Shown here piece after piece: positions 57,739 to 64,000 of a stretch of 64,000 nucleotides of DNA. Below the pieces are notes generated by a model. That model worked only from the letters and a program-made list of their open reading frames with translations. It was not told the DNA's origin and made no database searches. The stretch is from Candidatus Marinacidobacterium sp. GTDB lineage: Bacteria; Acidobacteriota; Vicinamibacteria; Marinacidobacterales; Marinacidobacteraceae. Position 1 is the stretch's first letter. Each line of letters starts with the position of its first letter. The position numbers and the translations under genes were made by a program. The stretch lies in assembly GCA_965220965.1 (NCBI GenBank), contig OZ244852.1, positions 2,208,001 through 2,272,000 of the forward strand. The letters are read 5' to 3'.

Positions 57739-59460
57739 ATGAGAGCACGGCGAATCCGGACGTTGTCGGTGGCGGCGGCGCTCGCTTGCGGCGCAACCGG
57801 CGCCCCGGCGCAGACTCCCGCCTACGACCTGCTCCTCGTGGGCGGCCAGGTCTTCGACGGCGGCGGGAATCCGGCCCGGCGGGCCGATGTGGGGATCCGC
57901 GGCGACGAGGTCGTTGCGGTGGGAAGGCTCCACGGCGAGCCGGGTCATGACGCCGCCCGCACCATCTCGATGGAGGGGCTGTTCGTCGCCCCCGGCTGGA
58001 TCGACCTCCACTCGCATGCGGACCGCGCGCTGGTGGGAGACGACCTCGACGAGCGCCGGGCGGTGAACCTGGTGGCGCAGGGGATCACGACCGTCGTCAT
58101 GGGGCCGGACGGCCGCAACCCGATCTGGCCGATCCGCGACGAGATCGCCGCCTACGAGAGCCGCGGCGTCGGGATGAACGTGGTCCCGATGGTCGGGCAT
58201 TCCACGGTTCGCCTCCAGATCATGGGGGACGATCACGAACGGCCGGCGACGGACGACGAGGTCAGCCGGATGGCGGAACTCGTGCGCGAGGGCATGGAGG
58301 ACGGCGCCTGGGGGCTCGGCGCCGGCCCCGAGTACCGGCCGGCGCGCTTCTCCGAGACCAGCGAGATCGTGGCGCTGGCGCACGTCGTGGCGCGGTACGA
58401 CGGGTTCTACTACTCGCACCAGCGGAGCCAGTCGCCGATGCCGCGCTGGCAGGTCCCGAGCATCGTGGACGGGCCGACGCTCACCGGAACGGACGGCATG
58501 GCGGAAACGATCCGCATCGGACGCGAAACCGGTATCCGGGTCGTCGGAACCCACATCAAGGCGAAGGGCCCTTCGAGCTGGGGACACTCGGCCAAGGATG
58601 TCCAGGCGATCCTGGAGGCGCGCCGCCAGGGAGTTCAGGTCTACCTGGACCAGTACCCCTACGAGACGTTCGGCGGGGGACCGGTGGGGGTGATCCCGAT
58701 CTGGGGGTTCGCTCCGAAAGGGATGGATCGCTCCGGCGGACTGGATGACCCCGCGTGGCGCGCGCCGGGCGTGCTGAGCCTCGAGAACCTGGAGGCGAAT
58801 CTCGCCGACCCGGAGACCCGGGCCGACCTGCTACGGGACCTCGAACAGCAGATCGATCTGTTCGGCGGAGCGAACCGCCTCATCGTGGTCCTCTTTCCCG
58901 AGGATCCCGATCTTGTCGGCAGCACGGTCGCCGAAATCGCGGCGGACGCCGGAGCGAGCGTGGCCGAGACGCTCATCGCGTTCGCTCGCGCCGGTTCGGA
59001 GGAGCTGCTGCATGGAGTGCTCATCCGGCCGGTGGCGGGGCACCGCTTCGATGTCGAGACCTACATGGCGCAGGACTTCACCGCGACCGCGACCGACGCC
59101 GGCGTCGCGCTTCGCGGCTCGCCGGGACGCCACCCCCGCTACTGGGGCAGCTATCCGCGAAAGATCGCGCACTACACCCGCGACCGGGGGATCATCACGC
59201 TCCCGTTCATGGTCCGGTCCTCGACCAGCCTCCCGGCCGACATCATCGGGCTCACCGACCGGGGATGTCTCCGCGTGGGCTGCAAGGCGGACATCGTGGC
59301 GTTCGACTACGAGCGCGTCGAGGACGTGGCGACGATCATGGAACCGGCGACCATGCCGGTCGGGATCCCCTGGGTGCTCGTCAATGGCCAGATCGCCGTC
59401 GAGGACGGCGTCCCCACCGGCGCGCTGGCGGGGGTCGTGATCCGTCGCGGCGGCTCCTGA
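57739..59460 (+). CDS. N-acyl-D-amino-acid deacylase (D-aminoacylase family amidohydrolase)
   Basis: DGGG, PGWIDLHSHAD, QGITT, DQYPY, HPRYWGSYPR, DRG.L..G..AD. Confidence 0.9.
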   Translation: MRARRIRTLSVAAALACGATGAPAQTPAYDLLLVGGQVFDGGGNPARRADVGIRGDEVVAVGRLHGEPGHDAARTISMEGLFVAPGWIDLHSHADRALVGDDLDERRAVNLVAQGITTVVMGPDGRNPIWPIRDEIAAYESRGVGMNVVPMVGHSTVRLQIMGDDHERPATDDEVSRMAELVREGMEDGAWGLGAGPEYRPARFSETSEIVALAHVVARYDGFYYSHQRSQSPMPRWQVPSIVDGPTLTGTDGMAETIRIGRETGIRVVGTHIKAKGPSSWGHSAKDVQAILEARRQGVQVYLDQYPYETFGGGPVGVIPIWGFAPKGMDRSGGLDDPAWRAPGVLSLENLEANLADPETRADLLRDLEQQIDLFGGANRLIVVLFPEDPDLVGSTVAEIAADAGASVAETLIAFARAGSEELLHGVLIRPVAGHRFDVETYMAQDFTATATDAGVALRGSPGRHPRYWGSYPRKIAHYTRDRGIITLPFMVRSSTSLPADIIGLTDRGCLRVGCKADIVAFDYERVEDVATIMEPATMPVGIPWVLVNGQIAVEDGVPTGALAGVVIRRGGS

Positions 59461-59521
59461 CCGGGCGGCGACGCGCCGCCAGGTCAGGAACGCGGCGAAT
59501 CGGGTTCGTCGCTGACCGGAA

Positions 59522-62455
59522 CTAGAAGACCACGCGCAGCCCGAGCTGGGCCTGGCGCTGAGCGCCGACCCGCGCCGCCCCGAGCCCGAACTCGGGGTTC
59601 GACGAACCGTCCCCCAGCGTCGGCTCCTGCTGATCGGCGCCGGAAACCCGGAACGTGCTGGCGTTCAGCACATTGAAGACCTCGAACAGCGCCTCGATCT
59701 GCGCCGGGCCCATGTCGAAGCGCTTGGTGATCCGGAGATCCAGGTTCGTCCAGGCGTCGTTCCGCTCCCCGTTGATCGGAGCGAGAGCCCCACCCTGGAT
59801 GGCCCGCGTCTGGGGACCGTGGGGACCCACGAAGAAACCGGGGTGGTTGTGGAAGCCGACCTGCGGGTCGAGCGCAGTGAACGGGGAGCCGGACTGCGCG
59901 GTCAGGATCCCGCTCGCGAGGATGTCGAACGGAAGCGAGAAGACGCCGCTGGCGACGAAGCGGTGCGGGATGTCCCGACTGGAGATCCCCCAGTCGTAGT
60001 CCGGATCCGCCGGGTCGGTCAGCGTGAGGCCGCCGGAGGAGCGCTCGTTGTCGTCGTTGGAGCGGTCCCGCGACCAGGTGTAGTGCGCCTGGAACTGGAT
60101 CCCGTCCCGGAACCGGCGACGCACGGCGGCGGTGATCGCCGTGTAGTCGGAACGCGCCACCGAGTCGCGAACGAGGATCGTCCCGTACGCCGGGTTGATC
60201 CGCTCGCCCGAATACACCGGGCGGCCGAAACTGTCGCGGCTGGCCGGAGCTACGTTGGCGTCCACGTTGGAGGCGAGGTAGTCGCCGCGGGCGTAGACGA
60301 AGTCCAGCGAAGCGGCCAGATCGCGGCCGACCTCGCGCTCGAGGCCGAGGTTGAACCGGGCGGTCCGGGGATCCTGGAAGTCCGGGTGGACATAGCTGAG
60401 GGACGGAGTCAGGCCCGCGGGCGGGTTCGAGTTGTCGATCGACGCGCCGAGCGGAACGAAGCCGGTGTCTCCGGGCGCGACGATGGCGTTCCCGTAGCGG
60501 GGGAAGACCCCGGTGTCGCTGAAGGCCGAGAAGAACAGCAGCGTGGGAGTCCGGGCGTAGAAGACGCCGGCTCCGCCCCGCAGGATCGTGCTGGAATCGA
60601 CCGACCAGACGAAGCCGCCGCGAGGCGAGAAGTTGTCGAGATCATTCGGGATGCTCGTCCCCTCGGGCAGGACGTGCTCGACCGAGCCCGGGTTGAAGGT
60701 CGCATCCCAGCGCGCCCCGAAGTTCAGGGTCAGGCGCGGGTTCGGGCTCCAGGAATCCTGGATGTAGGCACCGAGGGTCTGCTGCGTGACGTCGAAGTTC
60801 GGGTTGCTGACGTCGCCGAAGAAGATCCGGGCGCGGGCGGCGTTCCCGGCGAGGAAGTCCTCCACCGAGTCGAAGTCGTAACGGCCGTCGGCGTTGCCGG
60901 CGAAGTACTCGCTCAGCATGTCGTGATTCAGGCCGATCCCGAGCCGGATCTCGTGGTTGCCCACCAGGAACGAGTACTTCTCCTGGATCTCGATCTTGCC
61001 CTCGTCCACATGGATGGGCAGCCACCACGGCTTGCCGAACGCCCCGAAGGAGGGCGAGAAGATGCGGAAGTTGGCCTGGAGCGCGCTTCCCGGCAGGTTC
61101 GCAAGACGATCCAGGTCGTCGTAGGCGTACTGGACCCGGAGCTCGTTGACCCCGGTGTCGCCGATCAGCGACACGACGGACCCCACGACCGCGTGGGTGC
61201 GCTGGAGTTTCCTGGACTCTTCGGAGACGTAATCGGAGGTGCGCGCGTAGTCGGTGACGTTGTAGCGAAGAGTCAGCGAGTGCTGGTCGTTCACCCGGTG
61301 GTTCAGCTTGCCGAACAGGATCAGGTTGTCGGTCTCGCGAACGAACTGGCCGGTGGCGGTCCGGCCCTCCACCGGATCGGCGGAGGCGATCCCGTCGCTG
61401 TTCGGCGTGAACCCGGCGAGCAGATCCGGGAAGAGCGAGAGCACCGCGTCGTAGTGGCCGCGTCCCCGGATGTCCTGCAGGAACGGCTGGCTTCGCGCCG
61501 TCTGGTCGTAGGAGAGGAAGAAGTGCGTCCGGTCCCGCACGATCGGGCCGCCGAAGGAGCTTCCCCAGTTGTAGCGGGCGAACTCGTCCACGTCGTAGCG
61601 CTCATCGTCGGCCGCGATCCCCCGGTGGGCGTCGAGCGGCGACTGCGCCAGCCGCGCGACCATGCGCTGGTCGCGGAAGAAGAGGAAGCCGGAGCCGGCG
61701 AAGTCGTTCGTCCCCGCCTTGGTGACCACGTTGATGTAGCCGCCGCCGGAGCGGCCGGCCTCGGCGGAGTAGCCGCTGGTCACGACCTGGAACTCCTTCA
61801 CCGACTCCTGGGCGACGACCAGGCCGCCGTTCTCGGTCGCCTCTCCCCCGCGGCCATACCCGAAGAACGCGCTCTTCGCGTTCGTTCCGTCGATCGTGAG
61901 GCCCGAGTTGATCCCGCGCTGTCCGCTCAGCGAGATCCCGCCGCGCTGCGGCTCGACCTTGACCGTGGGCTTGAGCAGCGCGAACTGCACGAAGTCGCGA
62001 CCCTGGATCGGCAGTGTGGAGATCTCGTTCTCGTCCACGTAGCCGGCTGCGCCCCCGCGCCCGACCTCGAGGAGCGGCGCTTCCGCGGTCACCACGACCG
62101 TTTCTTCGACCCCGGCGAGGCCGAGCGTGAGATCCACCTCGAGGACCTGTCCGACGAAGACCTGGATGTTCTCCTGGCGCGCCGTCTGGAAGCCGCTCAG
62201 CGAGGCGGTGAGGTGGTAGTCACCGCTGGGAACCGACCGGAGCGCGAAGAACCCCTCGGCGTTCGTGACCGCGGCCCGGCTGAGGCCCCGCTCGATGTCG
62301 GTGAGCTCCACGGTGACGCCGGGGAGCGCGGCGCTGGTGTCGTCGGTGATGAAGCCCTGGACGGTCGCGAGCGACTGCGCCAGAGCCGAAACGGGAAGGA
62401 TCAGCGTCAGCAGCGCGCCGAGGCCGAGGGAGCGGATGATGGACAAGGTGGTCAC
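59522..62455 (-). CDS. TonB-dependent receptor, Oar-like, with carboxypeptidase-regulatory-like N-domain
   Basis: GFITDDTSAALPGVTV, LPIQGRDF, VKEFQV, SAEAGRSGGG..NVVTKAGTN, DNFSPRGG, terminal QLGLRVVF. Start trimmed to about 62455. Confidence 0.93.
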   Translation of the reverse strand: MTTLSIIRSLGLGALLTLILPVSALAQSLATVQGFITDDTSAALPGVTVELTDIERGLSRAAVTNAEGFFALRSVPSGDYHLTASLSGFQTARQENIQVFVGQVLEVDLTLGLAGVEETVVVTAEAPLLEVGRGGAAGYVDENEISTLPIQGRDFVQFALLKPTVKVEPQRGGISLSGQRGINSGLTIDGTNAKSAFFGYGRGGEATENGGLVVAQESVKEFQVVTSGYSAEAGRSGGGYINVVTKAGTNDFAGSGFLFFRDQRMVARLAQSPLDAHRGIAADDERYDVDEFARYNWGSSFGGPIVRDRTHFFLSYDQTARSQPFLQDIRGRGHYDAVLSLFPDLLAGFTPNSDGIASADPVEGRTATGQFVRETDNLILFGKLNHRVNDQHSLTLRYNVTDYARTSDYVSEESRKLQRTHAVVGSVVSLIGDTGVNELRVQYAYDDLDRLANLPGSALQANFRIFSPSFGAFGKPWWLPIHVDEGKIEIQEKYSFLVGNHEIRLGIGLNHDMLSEYFAGNADGRYDFDSVEDFLAGNAARARIFFGDVSNPNFDVTQQTLGAYIQDSWSPNPRLTLNFGARWDATFNPGSVEHVLPEGTSIPNDLDNFSPRGGFVWSVDSSTILRGGAGVFYARTPTLLFFSAFSDTGVFPRYGNAIVAPGDTGFVPLGASIDNSNPPAGLTPSLSYVHPDFQDPRTARFNLGLEREVGRDLAASLDFVYARGDYLASNVDANVAPASRDSFGRPVYSGERINPAYGTILVRDSVARSDYTAITAAVRRRFRDGIQFQAHYTWSRDRSNDDNERSSGGLTLTDPADPDYDWGISSRDIPHRFVASGVFSLPFDILASGILTAQSGSPFTALDPQVGFHNHPGFFVGPHGPQTRAIQGGALAPINGERNDAWTNLDLRITKRFDMGPAQIEALFEVFNVLNASTFRVSGADQQEPTLGDGSSNPEFGLGAARVGAQRQAQLGLRVVF

Positions 62456-62630
62456 CCCGCGGGAGCGGATGGCTTGAGACTTCGGGAAGCGGCTTCGAAG
62501 GATGGAACCGCCGGACTCGCGGGAATCTTTGACACGCCAGAGTGGGCGATTCAAGGCATGCCGTGAGAAAAGTTGAAGACAGGGCGCAACCGCTCCCGCT
62601 AGGGCGCATCTCCGGCCGCCAGAAGTCTGA

Positions 62631-62692
62631 GTTGCGTATACGTTACTATTCGGCGATGAGCTGACGGCGCCTGATGGTAACGTATATGCGAC
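62631..62692 (+). promoter_or_regulatory. Inverted-repeat operator/promoter upstream of antidote gene
   Basis: gttgcgtatacgttactatt (62631-62650) pairs with gatggtaacgtatatgcgac (62673-62692) at 16 of 20 positions, and each arm is itself semi-palindromic. Confidence 0.65.
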
Positions 62693-62693
62693 C

Positions 62694-63017
62694 ATGCCTC
62701 TTCGACGGACGTTCCGACGCGGCGTCCGGGCGCCCGCGTCGCGCGACCCGGGAGTACGCGCCGCACTGCTGACCGAGGGGCTCGAGGCGCTCCTCGCCGG
62801 AGACCTACCGGGGCTCCGCGCCGGGCTCCGCCGCTACGTGAACGCGACGATCGGTTTCGCCGCGCTGGCCCGCGCGACGGGGATCCACGAGAAGAGCCTC
62901 ATGCGGATGCTGGGGCCCAGCGGCAACCCCCGGACCGCGCATCTGGCCCGGATCATCGGGGCGCTGGCGGAGCGCGAAGGGTGGGCGCTCGGGGTCCGCA
63001 TCCGGGATCCGGACTAA
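62694..63017 (+). CDS. Addiction-module antidote-type HTH protein, orphan
   Basis: RDPGVRAALLTEGLEALLAGD...LRRYVNATIGF..LARATG..EKSLMRMLGPSGNP. Confidence 0.82.
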   Translation: MPLRRTFRRGVRAPASRDPGVRAALLTEGLEALLAGDLPGLRAGLRRYVNATIGFAALARATGIHEKSLMRMLGPSGNPRTAHLARIIGALAEREGWALGVRIRDPD

Positions 63018-63030
63018 CGGACTCCAGGCC

Positions 63031-63231
63031 TCAGGCTTCGAACCCGGGGGCGGGCGCGGCGTCCCGGCCGGCCCCGGGGCAGTCGGCGCAGGCTTCCGAA
63101 TCCGCCTCTCCGCAGCGACGGAGATCGCAGCGGCGCCGGAGGAGCGTCCCCAGCCCGAGGAGGAAGACCGACCCCACGACGACCACGGCGCTCAGCAGCA
63201 CGATCCCGAGCGCCTGAAGCATGGCCGCCAT
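63031..63231 (-). CDS. Small single-TM Cys-rich protein (NqrM-like architecture)
   Basis: TM followed by C-x4-C-x7-C-x2-C (CDLRRCGEADSEACADC). Starts 1 nt after the vsr stop. Confidence 0.5.
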   Translation of the reverse strand: MAAMLQALGIVLLSAVVVVGSVFLLGLGTLLRRRCDLRRCGEADSEACADCPGAGRDAAPAPGFEA

Positions 63232-63232
63232 C

Positions 63233-63667
63233 CTACTCCCGGCCGGAGGCGGGGCGGTCCGAATCCAGGAAGGACCGGACGGACCGGGTCAACTGCTCCC
63301 CGTCGCGGATCTGGCACTCCCAGATGACCAACACCCGCCAGCCGAGCCGACCGAGCTCGTCCTGGTTCCTCAGGTCCCGGTCGCGGTTGCCTTCCAGCTT
63401 GGGCAGCCAGTAGTCCCGCCGGCGCTTCGGGATCCGGCTCCCCCGGGGACACGCGTGCTGGTGCCAGAAGCAGCCGTGGACGAACACCACGGCCCGTCGG
63501 GCGGGGAACACCAGGTCCGGCGCCCCCGGCAGGCTCCGCACATGGAGCCGGTAGCGGTAGCCCAGGGAGTGGATCAGGCGACGAACCGCCATCTCGGTTC
63601 CGGTGTCCTTGCCGCGCACCGCCCGCATCGTGCGGCTGCGGACTTCGGAGGGCTCGGGGGATGTCAC
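63233..63667 (-). CDS. vsr: Very short patch repair endonuclease
   Basis: RSRTMRAVRGKDTGTE, GYRYRLH..LPGAPDLVF, FVHGCFWHQH, YWLPKLEGN, GWRVLVIWECQ. GTGA overlap with dcm. Confidence 0.95.
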   Translation of the reverse strand: MTSPEPSEVRSRTMRAVRGKDTGTEMAVRRLIHSLGYRYRLHVRSLPGAPDLVFPARRAVVFVHGCFWHQHACPRGSRIPKRRRDYWLPKLEGNRDRDLRNQDELGRLGWRVLVIWECQIRDGEQLTRSVRSFLDSDRPASGRE

Positions 63668-64000
63668 CGGATGCGGGATGCGGGGGTGGGCCCTGTCGAG
63701 GCCAGGAGCGGCTCGAGGAGGTGTTCGGCCACATGCCGAACGGCCGTCGCGACCACGCCGTCGCCTGCCAGGTGGTAACCCTCCCGGTCGCTCGCGGGGA
63801 GCCGGTAGTCGTCCGGCAGCCCCATCAGGCGCGCCGCCTCGCGGGCCGAGAGCAGGCGCGAGCGAATCCGGTTCCCCTCGACCGTCATGATGAACTGACG
63901 GCTGGAGCCGCCGCTCCCGGTCCGGAGACAACCCGAGAGCCCGTCGAACCGGATTTCGGCCCGCTGCCTCCGGACGCCTCCCTCCTCGCGCCGCGTCCTC
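63664..64000 (-). CDS. dcm: DNA (cytosine-5) methyltransferase, C-terminal part (gene starts beyond right edge)
   Basis: QRAEIRFDGLSGCLRTGSGGSSRQ TRD, motif IX RLLSAREAARLMGLPD, motif X AGDGV. Adjacent to vsr. Confidence 0.88.
   Translation of the reverse strand, partial: RTRREEGGVRRQRAEIRFDGLSGCLRTGSGGSSRQFIMTVEGNRIRSRLLSAREAARLMGLPDDYRLPASDREGYHLAGDGVVATAVRHVAEHLLEPLLASTGPTPASRIR

Noticed and set aside
62455-62630. Possible cobalamin/TPP riboswitch in the TonB receptor leader
   Set aside because: No B12-box or TPP consensus motifs were recognisable by eye. An Rfam scan would be needed.

Overview
Very GC-rich (roughly 70%, estimated by eye) bacterial chromosomal segment. Gene content (three DUF5916 paralogues, Oar-type TonB receptor, VPS10/BNR hydrolase, Cys-type CcmE, many TA fragments) suggests Acidobacteriota, possibly a marine-invertebrate symbiont; this is inference only. 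Left to right: a cytochrome c maturation cluster (ccmE-F-H-I'-X-A-B, ccmB with a 1-nt frameshift) flanked by DUF5916 genes; housekeeping genes (guaB, secA, M23 peptidase, DUF309, yifB/comM, ccdA-cytochrome c-tlpA); an about 7.7-kb defence/TA-type island (about 22.1-29.8 kb); then transporters, RNase D, a eukaryote-type phenylalanine hydroxylase, secreted hydrolases and lipoproteins, a heme oxygenase-cutA unit, VIT1, SPFH/NfeD, an S8 autotransporter-like protease, a TonB receptor, and the edge of a dcm-vsr locus. The island holds three toxin-less antitoxin genes, an AAA_14/DUF4143 ATPase-nuclease preceded by a 4 x 23-bp tandem repeat array, a type IIG-like restriction-methylase and an XRE-ImmA/DUF4411 pair. 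The most novel-looking signals are the 23-bp array in front of the DUF4143 gene and the recurrence of antitoxins without toxins (four genes plus one tail fused to CutA). No tRNA, rRNA, CRISPR array, integrase or transposase was recognised. All family assignments come from motif recognition, not database searches, and many start codons were trimmed by hand from over-extended ORFs.
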